Assembly: GCA_021772635.1 (NCBI GenBank)
Contig: JAJFLP010000075.1
Span: 750-64,749 of the forward strand
DNA length: 64,000 bases
Reading direction: 5' to 3'
DNA from: Verrucomicrobiota bacterium
GTDB taxonomy: Bacteria; Verrucomicrobiota; Lentisphaeria; JABSQK01; JAJFLO01
Both the position numbers and the translations under genes were made by a program. Under the pieces are notes generated by a model, which worked only from the letters and a program-made list of their open reading frames with translations, did no database searches and was not told the DNA's origin. Each line of letters starts with the position of its first letter. Position 1 is the stretch's first letter. This document shows positions 47,116 through 57,920 of the stretch, piece after piece.

Positions 47116-49227
47116 CTATTTTAATCTGGATTTCACCTTGTACCGCAGTTCCTCCACACCCGGCGTCTTGAGATCTACCCCCTCCAGCAAACTATCCGCA
47201 ATTGTAAATGATCGTTTAGCGTTTTCGTGGTCATCAAGACTGAGCTGAACTTCGCCGAGGCGGTAATATAGGGCAGGAATACCAGGCGTCGTCAAAATCG
47301 CCTTCTCCAGTATTTGCAATGCACGGCCATACTCTCCGCGCGAATATAGAGCGAGTGCAAGAGTGTCGGCGATGTTATAATGGCCGGAACTCTCTTTGTA
47401 GAGATTCTCAGCAATTTGATATCCTTCTCCCGCGTTTCCCGGGCGCTTCGATGCGATCAGTGCCATAGCGAGATTGTTTCTAAAATGAGGTTCATTCGGT
47501 ATTTTCACTAAAGCACGCCGATAACTGGCGATAGCCGAATCATAGTCGCCAACGGCTGAGAAGGTAGTCCCAAGATAAACATCAGCTAACCATGAATTCG
47601 GTTCGATTTCTGCCGCCTCCTCATATACGGAGATTGCGGTTTCGTAGTCTTTTAACTTGAAAAAAACTTCTGCTTTTAGGAGTGTCATAGAAAAATCGCC
47701 TGGATTTTTAGCCAGAACTATTCCTATGGAGTCGAGAGCAAGATTGTATTTCTCCAATCCAATATAGCCACTGATCAGAAAGCGTCTTGCGCGGTCATGA
47801 TCAACATTTGGCATACTTAAGACCTTTTTACAGTGAATTACAGCCATCCGGTAGCTTTGTCTCTTGAGATAGATATATGCTAATAATGAGTAACTTCTAG
47901 CGTCGTCCGGTGTTTCGTTAACCTGTCGAGTAAGAAGTTCTATCGCCTTCTCTGCTAGATCGCGATTGATCAAATGGCGAGCAATTTGGTACTTGATCCT
48001 TTTCTCGTTCGGAAACGTTCGAATAATTTCCTCGAACGCACTTTCTGCAGCGTCGAACTCTCCTTGCCTGAGCAGCATGTCTGCCCGACAGACCAGTGCG
48101 CGGAGATTCATGGGATCTTGCCGCAGCGCCAGTTTTATGTGTTCCGAGGCCTCCTCCCAATTGGAGTTTGTGATCGCTATGTAAGCAAGTCCAAGATGCG
48201 CATCTATGTAGTTCGGATTTATATCAACAGCCTTAGCATAATTGATAGTTGCAAGTTCGAATTCCCTAAGAAGGTGAAACGCTCTTGCCGCCAATTCAAG
48301 TTGCTCAGGATTGTCATTGGGTAGCATTGCTACAGTCGTCTTCAGTAAAGTTAGTGCCTCATCGGTTCGAGGTTCCCGTATCAGACAGTGCACAATAATG
48401 AGATTTGCTTCCGAATGATCCGGAATCGCATTCAATACCGCATTCGCTTGCTCAAACGCTATGTTTGCCTGGTCAAGCTCAAGTGCTGCGTGTGCAAATT
48501 CGAGGCGAGCCTCCCAATAGTCGGGTTTCATCCGAATCACATCCTCGAATTTACTAAGCGCAGTACGGTAGTCTTTAAGCGCAACGAGGCATCGCGCCAT
48601 CTCCAAGTGTACTTGCGCATCTCCCGGCGTGTGTTCGGCAGCCTTGCGGTATGCTACTATCGCTTTCAGGTATTCTTCATTTTCGAACAGGTTCTGAGCA
48701 TGCGCAAGATAGCCCGCAACAACCCGTTCGTGTCTTACCCCCGAAGTTCGAGCAAAATGGAAGACGGCAAATAAAATCATAGACCAAGACATTAACAGGA
48801 ATATTCCGACACCGACAAGTCGATAGGTAGGAGGCCTCCAGTAATGATGTTTTTTAATTATCGTCGCAAGGCAGCACGCGTCGCGAGAACCAACAGACTC
48901 CCAATGAGCATCCGGACAGAATGTCTTGAATATAAATAGACTCTGATATTTCTTGCCGGGCCTACATGCATGCGCGCCGCGAATCGTTGTTGAGGTAAGA
49001 CATTTGTAGGGAGATGTTTTAGTCTTGATACCGACAGTTTTCTTCGCCGTTCTTATCGCTAGCCATGAAATGCCCTTAATATAATGGAAGGATAAAAGTA
49101 GAAAGTCGGCGGGCAACCGACAAATTACGACGATTACGTAGAGCAGAGCTTTTAGTATCCTATGCACTATCCGAACCGGGACGAATAACAGTTTTAATGA
49201 CCTATGTTTTATCGACTTATCTGCCAT
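47116..49227 (-). CDS. Membrane-anchored TPR-repeat protein (PrsT-like, exosortase-associated)
   Basis: One TM segment followed by many TPR repeats; directly downstream of the exosortase. Confidence 0.75.
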   Translation of the reverse strand: MADKSIKHRSLKLLFVPVRIVHRILKALLYVIVVICRLPADFLLLSFHYIKGISWLAIRTAKKTVGIKTKTSPYKCLTSTTIRGAHACRPGKKYQSLFIFKTFCPDAHWESVGSRDACCLATIIKKHHYWRPPTYRLVGVGIFLLMSWSMILFAVFHFARTSGVRHERVVAGYLAHAQNLFENEEYLKAIVAYRKAAEHTPGDAQVHLEMARCLVALKDYRTALSKFEDVIRMKPDYWEARLEFAHAALELDQANIAFEQANAVLNAIPDHSEANLIIVHCLIREPRTDEALTLLKTTVAMLPNDNPEQLELAARAFHLLREFELATINYAKAVDINPNYIDAHLGLAYIAITNSNWEEASEHIKLALRQDPMNLRALVCRADMLLRQGEFDAAESAFEEIIRTFPNEKRIKYQIARHLINRDLAEKAIELLTRQVNETPDDARSYSLLAYIYLKRQSYRMAVIHCKKVLSMPNVDHDRARRFLISGYIGLEKYNLALDSIGIVLAKNPGDFSMTLLKAEVFFKLKDYETAISVYEEAAEIEPNSWLADVYLGTTFSAVGDYDSAIASYRRALVKIPNEPHFRNNLAMALIASKRPGNAGEGYQIAENLYKESSGHYNIADTLALALYSRGEYGRALQILEKAILTTPGIPALYYRLGEVQLSLDDHENAKRSFTIADSLLEGVDLKTPGVEELRYKVKSRLK

Positions 49228-49296
49228 AGTCTGATCCTTGACTTGGAAATAGTTACGCTACAATTGCAGAATTTTCGGCAACCCCACTTGCAACCA

Positions 49297-49410
49297 GATA
49301 CCCAACGCGTTCGCTCCGCATGAGCATTCCGCACTATCGGGATCGCACATACTGCGGGAAGAGTCCGTCCAGACAAACCGATCTTCGAAAAATCGACTGC
49401 CTGCAGTCTA
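49297..49410 (+). mobile_element. Family A element variant with internal insert
   Basis: gatacccaacgcgttc...ctccgcatgagc...gaaaaatcGACTGCCTGCAGTCta. Confidence 0.5.
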
Positions 49411-51057
49411 ATTAATACCGAATTCCGGGAGAATCGGCGCGATTTCTTCGACAAACTCCAGTGCAACACTCTTTGCTAAATCGTGTGACTTCGATGACTT
49501 AACGATTACCGCCACCAGGTACTGCGGCTTAACGTTTGAAGATGCGGGTTCGTTCCAGGACTGTCGCAACAAAGAGAATAGCTTGACCGGGTTGTACCTT
49601 ACGTTCGGCATGTTTTCGTCCTCTTTCCTGAACCAGAATATGACGAACTCATCACGCCCTGATTTCCGAAACAAACGAAGCGCTACGGATTCGGCAGGTA
49701 TGGATTCCAACTTTATATCTGAGGCAAATTCCTCCACTTTCGTGTATCCCCACGCAGGAAAACATTCATCCGGATGGTGTACGGAAACGCCTGTCAGCGG
49801 AACCGGATCCCCGGGTTGACGTATAAAATTCCTGGCTTCCCAATACATAATCCGTAATTCGATGGCATCACTGCTGTCACTCTCGTAGATGCGCATTAAG
49901 TAGTCGTTTGGTCTGAGTATCTCCTGAAGGTCCGACGTTAACTCAATGTCTTCAACCCCACGGTGAGACCCGATATTGTCCGGAAATTCCACCAGAAGCT
50001 TCCTCTCCGTATCCGATTCTACAACATCCGCTAACGCATAGTGATCGGTGACGGTGATATTGGCGATAGTCCCGACGGATAGCATAGCAGCGACCATTAA
50101 CATCAAGATCAGTTTCTTTCGCGTTGGAACACCCAAAATGGGGCCTGGCACAACTGGCTGCACCGCCGATATCTGCTCAGTCTCATGCGTAAATAAACAC
50201 GCCAGCCCCGTCACCATCCCCAGCCCTCCGACGAATGCGAACCAGCCACATAGCTCATGACGCCAGCCCTCCGCGAAATGAGCCCCAAACCATAAGACAA
50301 GGAGCCCTGTTGCGACAATCCGGATCGTATTCATGAAAATTGATATCGGTATCGCCAGTATACATATCAGGATTGTTTCGAACCGACCAGTTCTCTTAAC
50401 ATAAGCAATTAGAACGGATGCAGCGATGAGCATCCAAAACGATTGAATGCCGCTGCATGCATCGTCCACACCGAGAGAGGCTGTTGTGAAATGGAGGATA
50501 TTCCCTTCACGATAAACCAGCATTCCAAGCATACCAAAAACCTGCTCTGATATAACTGATACAAGGGTTCTTAATTTCGTCGTAAGAATCTGGGTAAATG
50601 AGCTGGGAAATGGTATGGCGAAGAAAAAGTACACTATTGGGAAAGCAAAAACTCGAAGAGTTGCAAGCCCCCCACAAACGACATAGCAACCGACCACACA
50701 AAACAATATTCCTATTGACAATATAAAGCCGCCCCGAAATAATGAAATAAACAAAGCGATATAATACCAATAACCTACGATCAGAATCAAAATACCCAGT
50801 AGTAGAATCGGTATCCCCAGCCATGACGCAGAAAACGAGTCCCGGCGAGAAGAAATCCATAGCTCATAGGTCGCGTACGCCGATACTATCGGCACCAGGA
50901 ATCCATGCGAATAGCTATCGACATTATTATAAACGGCACCTAACAAACGTAGCGACGGCCAACAAAACGCCAGTAGCAGTAGCACATTTATTGCGATACC
51001 GGCAAGGAGAAGCTGTGATTTCCTATCTGCAGATTGATCTAGAGTTTCAGCTTCCAT
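49408..51057 (-). CDS. Exosortase fused to an EpsI-like domain
   Basis: YSHGFLVP, VDDACSG (Cys), NTIRI (Arg), RHELCG (His); C-terminal VSVHHPDECFPAWG. Confidence 0.92.
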   Translation of the reverse strand: MEAETLDQSADRKSQLLLAGIAINVLLLLAFCWPSLRLLGAVYNNVDSYSHGFLVPIVSAYATYELWISSRRDSFSASWLGIPILLLGILILIVGYWYYIALFISLFRGGFILSIGILFCVVGCYVVCGGLATLRVFAFPIVYFFFAIPFPSSFTQILTTKLRTLVSVISEQVFGMLGMLVYREGNILHFTTASLGVDDACSGIQSFWMLIAASVLIAYVKRTGRFETILICILAIPISIFMNTIRIVATGLLVLWFGAHFAEGWRHELCGWFAFVGGLGMVTGLACLFTHETEQISAVQPVVPGPILGVPTRKKLILMLMVAAMLSVGTIANITVTDHYALADVVESDTERKLLVEFPDNIGSHRGVEDIELTSDLQEILRPNDYLMRIYESDSSDAIELRIMYWEARNFIRQPGDPVPLTGVSVHHPDECFPAWGYTKVEEFASDIKLESIPAESVALRLFRKSGRDEFVIFWFRKEDENMPNVRYNPVKLFSLLRQSWNEPASSNVKPQYLVAVIVKSSKSHDLAKSVALEFVEEIAPILPEFGIN

Positions 51058-51242
51058 TTGGGGCGACTCGCAAAAACACGGGAATTAGTTTCTAAAATAC
51101 TATCAATGGGGGCTATCGGTGAAGAATCGATAATTTACTCACCAGCACAGTATTGGATACGGATATAGGTCGGTCCAACTGCCCCGAGAGTATCGCTACT
51201 ATATGCTAATATGAGATAGAAATAAAGATTACCGACGCCAAC

Positions 51243-51338
51243 TTAATCCCACCAGTGGGTTTATTTCCCGACGCTTACGTCGTTAGTAAAGTTCTAAGAG
51301 TCTTTCATACCTCGCGGACTTGCCGCGAGGCAGTTGAT
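51243..51338 (-). repeat. Copy of the 15628-15732 element
   Basis: Shared ends and hairpin. Confidence 0.75.
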
Positions 51339-51584
51339 TTAGTCGATCCTGAAAAAGTATTGGGCCACTAGACACCTTTAAAGGGCGAAACCGACACAAA
51401 ACGGATGAGTTTTGTGCGGCTCTGCCTTAAAGATGTTGATACTGGATGCCTGATTCTGGAGACTAGCTGGAAGCTGCTTTCTTTATCCGGCATCTAGCTA
51501 TACGCTGTTCGAAAAGGTCGGACGGCTGAAATCCGCAACCCTTTTCGAACAGGCTCTAGCCTGTAAATACAGACGAATCCTGAC

Positions 51585-52865
51585 ATGGCCGACAAATCAA
51601 AATCAAAATTCTGTACTTCGCGTGTCGAAGCACTACTAATCATGGGCGCACTGACCGGTGCCGCAGTAGTAATCCTGTCGATGCGGATCGATCGTATCAA
51701 GTTGAGCCCTGACTGCTACCTGTACGTTGATATGGCAGTTTCATGTTTACGTGGAGATCTATCGGGTGGACACCCTGCATTCGTAATACCCCCGCTGCAC
51801 ATTTGGATGCTCGGAATTCCAGGCTACTTCGGTTACTCCTTATTCGCATCAGGAATACTGATGTCAATGACATTTTTCGCGTTATCAGTCCCGGCGATTT
51901 ACATCGTGACCTCGCATTTCTTTGCACAGCGGGCCGCGTTCTACGCATGCCTTATATTTATTACCCATCCGGCTTTTACAAAGTACGGAGTTCAGCCGCT
52001 TCGCGAATCGTTGTTCACCTTTCTTGTATCTTACACCGTTTTGTTTCTTCACCTATATTTTCGCGAGCGTAAGTTATTTCTTGCGATTCTAGCCGGCCTC
52101 TTCGCAGGTGCTGCAAATTGCACGCGAATCGAAGGCTACGATCTGATCGCAGCAATGGTTATCCTGGGACTCGGTATGATGTGGAGTAAGAATGATACCC
52201 AACGATCGGTCGTAATCGGCTGTGTCGTCAGCATTATTACAGCAATACTTTTAACCGCGGCAGTATCGTTCTTCTCCAGCCAGTACAATTCGAGGTGGAC
52301 AGCAATGTCATATTTTGAGCGCGGATTCTCAAAAATTTCATCTAGATTAGTAAATGCGCCTAAAGAAGAAATTACATCCAAAAGCTCGCTCAAACATCCT
52401 AATAGAAACGGCATGCACAAATTTCAGAAAGCAGCCGTCGCCATGATTTATCCGTCAGTTATCGTCCTTGCGGCCATATATTTTTTATTCGGAAGACGCA
52501 GTGTCCATTGTGATACAATCCGGTTGTTGCTCGCATTATGTATTATTACTTTGATATTACGTTACGTAGCGATTTTATCACATCAACCATGCGTGAAACG
52601 TCATTTTCTTTTGGCAGCGTTTCCGTTAATTTACATAGCTGGTGAGGGCGCGGCAATGCTTGAACAAATGATAATTCGGATCTCCCGACAGCATTTGAGC
52701 AGGATTGCCGCAATCACTGTAGTGGCCGGTATAATACTAGCGGCTTCATTGCCGAAAACCTTTAAGAACCGAGCTTATATCGAAGACTACAAGGGACTAA
52801 CCTTGCTGACGGTATCCCGCCCGGGAATCGCGACTACTGAAGCACAATCGGCACGCGCGCAATAA
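51585..52865 (+). CDS. GT-C fold (PMT/ArnT-like) membrane glycosyltransferase
   Basis: SPDCYLY, PPL, LRESLF, TRIEG motifs; many TM helices. Confidence 0.65.
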   Translation: MADKSKSKFCTSRVEALLIMGALTGAAVVILSMRIDRIKLSPDCYLYVDMAVSCLRGDLSGGHPAFVIPPLHIWMLGIPGYFGYSLFASGILMSMTFFALSVPAIYIVTSHFFAQRAAFYACLIFITHPAFTKYGVQPLRESLFTFLVSYTVLFLHLYFRERKLFLAILAGLFAGAANCTRIEGYDLIAAMVILGLGMMWSKNDTQRSVVIGCVVSIITAILLTAAVSFFSSQYNSRWTAMSYFERGFSKISSRLVNAPKEEITSKSSLKHPNRNGMHKFQKAAVAMIYPSVIVLAAIYFLFGRRSVHCDTIRLLLALCIITLILRYVAILSHQPCVKRHFLLAAFPLIYIAGEGAAMLEQMIIRISRQHLSRIAAITVVAGIILAASLPKTFKNRAYIEDYKGLTLLTVSRPGIATTEAQSARAQ

Positions 52866-52895
52866 CCGAAGCAAGAGCTGGTAACGAAACATTTT

Positions 52896-54398
52896 ATGGC
52901 TAAAGAATTTACTAGTACTGATAAGGGTGATCGAATTAAGTGGTATTTAGATGAGGATCACTCAGCCCTGAAATCATTATTGCAGAACGATGAGTGGCGC
53001 CAACACGCCGAAATCGTCAAACAACAGATCAAGCGCCGTACAACCTTTCGGGTTACTCTCCCTGGCAATCACGAAACAATTTATATCAAACATGACCATC
53101 CAAGGTCATTAAGACATCGGTTAAAATCCGTATGGCGCTTAAAAGGTAAACATGAGTACGAGATCGCTCACGCGCTACAAACTCGCGGCGTCACAACTGT
53201 CCCTGTCATCGGTTGGGGAAAGAGAGGAACTGAAAGCTTCTTTATAACCGGGGTAGTTCCCGAAGCTTTAGATTTTTGGGAAATGTGGCAACGTTGCCGC
53301 GATGACCAGAACCGGCGCCGGCGATTTTTGGAGGAATTGACGAAATTTGTGACTTCTATGACGAATGCGGGAGTTCACCATCTCGATTTTCACTTTGGAA
53401 ACATCCTCGCACGAATCGATGAAACTCCTGTTTGGTTCTATCTTCTGGATTTTTCAAATATCGCAATGCTGCATCGTCTAACGACGTTTCAACGCAAACA
53501 ACTACTCGCCGGACTTTACAATCTACTCGAAGGACTGAGTCCTACTGAACAATTGAGTTTCTTCAGAGCGGCAGATCTGTGCGAGGCGATGGATGAAGTC
53601 GACCCAGTGGGGAAGGAGATTGTCTCACTGGTTGTGAAACATAGTTATCTACGCTGGTCGGGGCGCCGGCGCAAACTTGTTTCCCCGAGCAGCATGTGCG
53701 AGCGTCACAATACCAGTCAAGGCAAGTGGTTGCTGCGCTCGAAAATAAATTTGGAAACCGCAACAGCTGTTTTAGGCGAATACAACAAGGGAGCATCGAA
53801 TAAGGAGCAGCAGGCTGAGAGATTAATACACGTGGAATCTCAATCGTTCATAATCAAAGTATTCAATGGATCTAAGCGCAATACCGAACAATCCGGCGAT
53901 GAGAAATTTTGGTTGAAAAAAAATCGTCTTTCACTCTACGGCATTCAAATACTGGAGGCTGTTGCCTGGTTCCGCGCCGGTGACGACCGCCGGATCATCG
54001 TCATAGAGAGTCCAGATATCGTGCCGCTATATGAGCAGTTAGAACAGGTCGAACAAACCCAAAAGCGCACCCTACTCTATTCACTTGCCAAACTGATCGC
54101 CCGATTGCATAATTTCATGGTTTGGCAAGAAAATATGCGCCCCGATATGTTCGAGGTTCTCGCAGGTTCGCTAGAGAATGAATCACATGTTATTTTGCGG
54201 GAGTCAAAGGGTCTAAAATTCGAAATTTTCATCTCTCGGCAGAAGGTAACCGACGACCTATTTCAAATCTTAAGCCCTATGCCCGACGCAGTGAGTGAAA
54301 TCGATAAATACCGTTTCGTCAGTTACTACCGAAAGGCCACGTTTACCACGAAAGTCGAATGCCGGCAACTTACGACGTTTCTTAAACAACCCGGATAA
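52896..54398 (+). CDS. Kdo/WaaP-family kinase with a second, degenerate kinase domain
   Basis: IYIKH, VHHLDFHFGNIL, LLDF; second half FIIKVF...LHNFMVWQENMR. Confidence 0.75.
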   Translation: MAKEFTSTDKGDRIKWYLDEDHSALKSLLQNDEWRQHAEIVKQQIKRRTTFRVTLPGNHETIYIKHDHPRSLRHRLKSVWRLKGKHEYEIAHALQTRGVTTVPVIGWGKRGTESFFITGVVPEALDFWEMWQRCRDDQNRRRRFLEELTKFVTSMTNAGVHHLDFHFGNILARIDETPVWFYLLDFSNIAMLHRLTTFQRKQLLAGLYNLLEGLSPTEQLSFFRAADLCEAMDEVDPVGKEIVSLVVKHSYLRWSGRRRKLVSPSSMCERHNTSQGKWLLRSKINLETATAVLGEYNKGASNKEQQAERLIHVESQSFIIKVFNGSKRNTEQSGDEKFWLKKNRLSLYGIQILEAVAWFRAGDDRRIIVIESPDIVPLYEQLEQVEQTQKRTLLYSLAKLIARLHNFMVWQENMRPDMFEVLAGSLENESHVILRESKGLKFEIFISRQKVTDDLFQILSPMPDAVSEIDKYRFVSYYRKATFTTKVECRQLTTFLKQPG

Positions 54399-54412
54399 AT
54401 ATCTTAAACTTA

Positions 54413-55342
54413 ATGAAAAAACGTATCAGCAATATCGTATTCACGAAAAATCGGCCTCTGCAATTGGACGCTTATCTAGAGAGCTTACACAATTGTCTTC
54501 CTCCCGATAGGATCCAGACGTACGTCCTGTACAAAGAAGAGCTATTTAGCAGTACGTATCGGTCCGTATTCCGAAAGTATGAGGGCTGTATCGTCGTTGA
54601 AGAGTCAGATTTCTATCGTGACGTTCTCAAGGTCATTGATGCAGTCGATACTGAATTTATTCTGTTCGGTGTCGATGATGTCGTTTACTTTGACTCGGTC
54701 GATATCGCGGTAATTGAAGAAATATTCTCAGTACACAGCGATGATATCTTCGGCTTTTCATTCCGGCTTGGGCCGGACAGTCTACGCCACGCAGGTGACG
54801 ATATTCAAAGCTCAGAAATTCTCGGACAAGAGGTTTGGAAAGTTCCCTGGAAGGCGGGAGAATCTCCGCATTCCCGGTACCCATTCGAGTTGCAGGCAAC
54901 GGTGTATCGGACAGAATTGGTACGGAGAATCATGGCGAATTGTTGTTCTAGAAGTGCCGTTGCAGATAGATTACTTACGCCTGATTCGGCCCTGATCCGT
55001 CTTCTAAGTCATTTATATTCAACGCGATCTATAATGAAATCGTTCGGGTATTTCTTCAGCCCGAATACGTTTGAGTCCTGGAACTGCCGCTGGTGCCGTG
55101 AACATCCGGAGAGCCTGCCAACGTCGCTCTATTTTCAAAAACTCTGCACCAGCGCTATCCAGGTGAATATGGTAAATACTTCGACCGACAACACGTTTGA
55201 TGCATCCGGAAAGCAGTATACAGTCGAGTCGCTGAACGAACGGTACCAGGACGGATATCGATTCGATATCGATTGGTTAAGAAAGAACAGACCAACCGAA
55301 CCGCACAGTGGCGAGGAATACTTCAAGTTATCAAAGCGTTGA
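54413..55342 (+). CDS. Putative GT-A fold glycosyltransferase-like protein
   Basis: FTKNRPLQLD and FGVDDVVYF; LPS locus context. Confidence 0.45.
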   Translation: MKKRISNIVFTKNRPLQLDAYLESLHNCLPPDRIQTYVLYKEELFSSTYRSVFRKYEGCIVVEESDFYRDVLKVIDAVDTEFILFGVDDVVYFDSVDIAVIEEIFSVHSDDIFGFSFRLGPDSLRHAGDDIQSSEILGQEVWKVPWKAGESPHSRYPFELQATVYRTELVRRIMANCCSRSAVADRLLTPDSALIRLLSHLYSTRSIMKSFGYFFSPNTFESWNCRWCREHPESLPTSLYFQKLCTSAIQVNMVNTSTDNTFDASGKQYTVESLNERYQDGYRFDIDWLRKNRPTEPHSGEEYFKLSKR

Positions 55343-55486
55343 GACCTATTATCTAACCGTCTCGAATAGGTGCGGACATTTAAGCCAATTCGTCGATGGG
55401 GAGGTGTGACCGCGAATTGTGGTAATCGGGTTACGGTCGCAGAAATAATGCGCTCCCAAATAGGACAACGCGATGCACTTACGGGA

Positions 55487-56734
55487 CTAATTTTGAGTAT
55501 TCTTGCGTCCTGCTATAGCATCGTTGACGCTTGACGGGGATATCAGATTTCTCGTAAAAATCGAGGAAACCAGCGTCTTTGCAAAATAGTCAGAGAAGGC
55601 TGGAGAGTAATGGACTTTATCAATATAATTCGGCCCTGCCCTGCCTTCTTGAATATCAGCGCACCAGATAAAATCGTTACCTAACGGATTTTCTTCCAAT
55701 AGTTTAGCGAAGTATCCGTATCCCTGCCGCCCGTACCCATGCGCTTCAAATTTTCGCCTAAGAAAAGGATTATTTTTGAGGTCATATTTGTAGCCTGGAT
55801 GCGGTTGCCAGACGAAAATGGGGATCACTCCGTACTCCGCTGCAACCAACCGAATGAACTTTATATTTCTCAGGTATCGATGAATAACGAAATCGAAAAA
55901 GTCTGTATCTGAGAATCGACTTGAGTCGAGATCCGAGTCTATTATCTCGATCGGCGTTACTTTATGCTTCTTTGTTCGAAAGGATTTTATAAAGTACTCG
56001 ACGGATCGTGCTGCCGTATGAACGGGAAGTAATTTTATAAGATCCGAGACATCTACTTTTGTTCGTTTACTGAAGCTATCATTAACGTGCTCAGCAATCT
56101 CATCGTCGATGCCGGTAAAACAAAAATCATTGAGTCCGTCAATAAACACCGCCACATCTGGAATTATATCTTTTTGCAGGAGATCGAAAAAGAGTATCCG
56201 CTCCCGAGACGACAAATAATAGCCGCACCCCAAATTGTACACCCGGATATTCGTTGTCTTTATCTCGTCTGATAAGTACCCCTGAATACAAGACGGCAGG
56301 GTTTCGTCGTCGGAGACACCGTACCCGAAGGTCGTCGACCCTCCGAATACGAAAATATTGAAATCGGCCTGATTTGGCGGCCAAGGTCCCTGGTTACGAG
56401 ACCTGCGGACACCGTCTTCGCTTACATTGACGAACTTTCCTTCTATGGGTGCCTCTGCATAATTCGTATACTCACGATATCGGTATGGGCGTTCCCAACA
56501 CTCTTTTAGCAAAGTATTTATTTCCTCATAATCCATGCCCTCGTAAACCTCCAGGAGCTTTTCGGCACCATATTTCTTAGTCACGGGATTAACCGGCTCG
56601 CTTACCAATCGAACCCCGTAGTTGACCAACATGACGAACAGATTGATAGCAACAAATAGAACGACCATATTCGCCATGGAAATCGCAGTAATCTTGTAGC
56701 CGCTGATAAATCTTGAAATCCATCTTCTGCTCAT
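55487..56734 (-). CDS. SGNH/GDSL hydrolase-like protein with N-terminal TM
   Basis: VFGGSTTFG, FIDGLND, YIDKVHY. Confidence 0.8.
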   Translation of the reverse strand: MSRRWISRFISGYKITAISMANMVVLFVAINLFVMLVNYGVRLVSEPVNPVTKKYGAEKLLEVYEGMDYEEINTLLKECWERPYRYREYTNYAEAPIEGKFVNVSEDGVRRSRNQGPWPPNQADFNIFVFGGSTTFGYGVSDDETLPSCIQGYLSDEIKTTNIRVYNLGCGYYLSSRERILFFDLLQKDIIPDVAVFIDGLNDFCFTGIDDEIAEHVNDSFSKRTKVDVSDLIKLLPVHTAARSVEYFIKSFRTKKHKVTPIEIIDSDLDSSRFSDTDFFDFVIHRYLRNIKFIRLVAAEYGVIPIFVWQPHPGYKYDLKNNPFLRRKFEAHGYGRQGYGYFAKLLEENPLGNDFIWCADIQEGRAGPNYIDKVHYSPAFSDYFAKTLVSSIFTRNLISPSSVNDAIAGRKNTQN

Positions 56735-56865
56735 TCTTAGGTCTTCCTGGTAAACTATTTATTTTCTTGTGGCTTTTCTATCGAATGGATAGTTCAGACG
56801 GGCAACCGCGTACAGGGTTGTTACTCTAGGTTATTTCACATTATCATCGATTATACTGCATGCAG

Positions 56866-56901
56866 TATAAAATGTGGGTTAAAAACGAAACCCACTGGTG
56901 G
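56866..56901 (+). repeat. Family B right end fused to a family A hairpin
   Basis: TACTGCATGCAGTA (56854-56867) followed by taaaatgtgggttaaaaacgaaacccactggtggg. Confidence 0.7.
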
Positions 56902-56963
56902 GCTCCTCTACAAGAAGTATTCAAAACGTTACTGGAAAAATCATAACTCTGCATAATACTAAC

Positions 56964-57098
56964 TAGTTCTTGTCCTGAAATAGAAAAGTAACGCGGTCAT
57001 TCCTGACTGCGTAGGTGTTTTTTTACTCAGCCAAGAATGACCGAGCTACTTTTGACTCGCCAGATCAACACGAATCGGCTATTTCAGGACAAGAACTA
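56964..57098. mobile_element. 135-bp MITE with 20-bp perfect terminal inverted repeats
   Basis: tagttcttgtcctgaaatag / ctatttcaggacaagaacta. Confidence 0.75.
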
Positions 57099-57173
57099 AT
57101 TAGGCTATTCGATTATATTTCACGAGCAGTAAACCGAGCAAAATTCCAGTAGTAAAATAACTTTGGTCAAACT

Positions 57174-57920
57174 ATGTCTAAAGTCCTAAGACGGTGGAAA
57201 CGCCCACTTATCCGATCAAAATTCTTTTCGGGATTAGCGAAATATCCGAGGTACATCGCGGATATACTTAAATATCGGCGGATGACCGGTGCGGAGCCCA
57301 TCATGTTTCGGGATACCTACCCGATATTATTTGACCGCACAGCGAAAACAAAGATCGACGCTCATTACTTCTATCAAGGGGTCTGGGCGTACAAGAAAAT
57401 TCACAGTCAGAATCCGGAAGTGCATGTTGACGTAGGATCGAATGTTACCTTCATAGGCTTATTAACGGCGATAACGCCGGTTCAATTCGTAGATATTCGG
57501 CCACTCGATGTCAGTCAATTGGCGAATTTCGAAAACGTTAGCGGAAGTATTCTGGATTTACCGTACGACGATAACTCGATTAAATCACTCTCATGCTTGC
57601 ACGTTGCAGAGCACATCGGGCTTGGACGCTATGGCGACCCACTAGACCCCCTCGGAACTAAAAAAGCGGCGGCGGAATTGACTCGATGCCTGGCACCAGG
57701 CGGGAATCTCTATTTCTCGGTACCCGTTGGTAAACCGCGGATATGCTTTAATGCCCATAGAATTCACGCGCCAAATCAAATCATCGAATATTTCAACGGG
57801 CTTAAATTAGCCGAGCTGTCCGGCGCCGACGACAAAAAGAATTTTTCCGAGAATATTGACTTACAAGATCTTGAAAACTCTGAATACGCCTGCGGTATGT
57901 TTCACTTCACCAAGGAATAG
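57174..57920 (+). CDS. DUF268-like SAM-dependent methyltransferase
   Basis: HVDVGS, SLSCLHVAEHIGLGRYGDPLDP. Confidence 0.75.
   Translation: MSKVLRRWKRPLIRSKFFSGLAKYPRYIADILKYRRMTGAEPIMFRDTYPILFDRTAKTKIDAHYFYQGVWAYKKIHSQNPEVHVDVGSNVTFIGLLTAITPVQFVDIRPLDVSQLANFENVSGSILDLPYDDNSIKSLSCLHVAEHIGLGRYGDPLDPLGTKKAAAELTRCLAPGGNLYFSVPVGKPRICFNAHRIHAPNQIIEYFNGLKLAELSGADDKKNFSENIDLQDLENSEYACGMFHFTKE

Noticed and set aside
51360-51480. c-di-GMP riboswitch or hammerhead ribozyme
   Set aside because: Core motifs (GGCAAAC/GACGCAAAGC; CTGATGA..GAAA) are not matched
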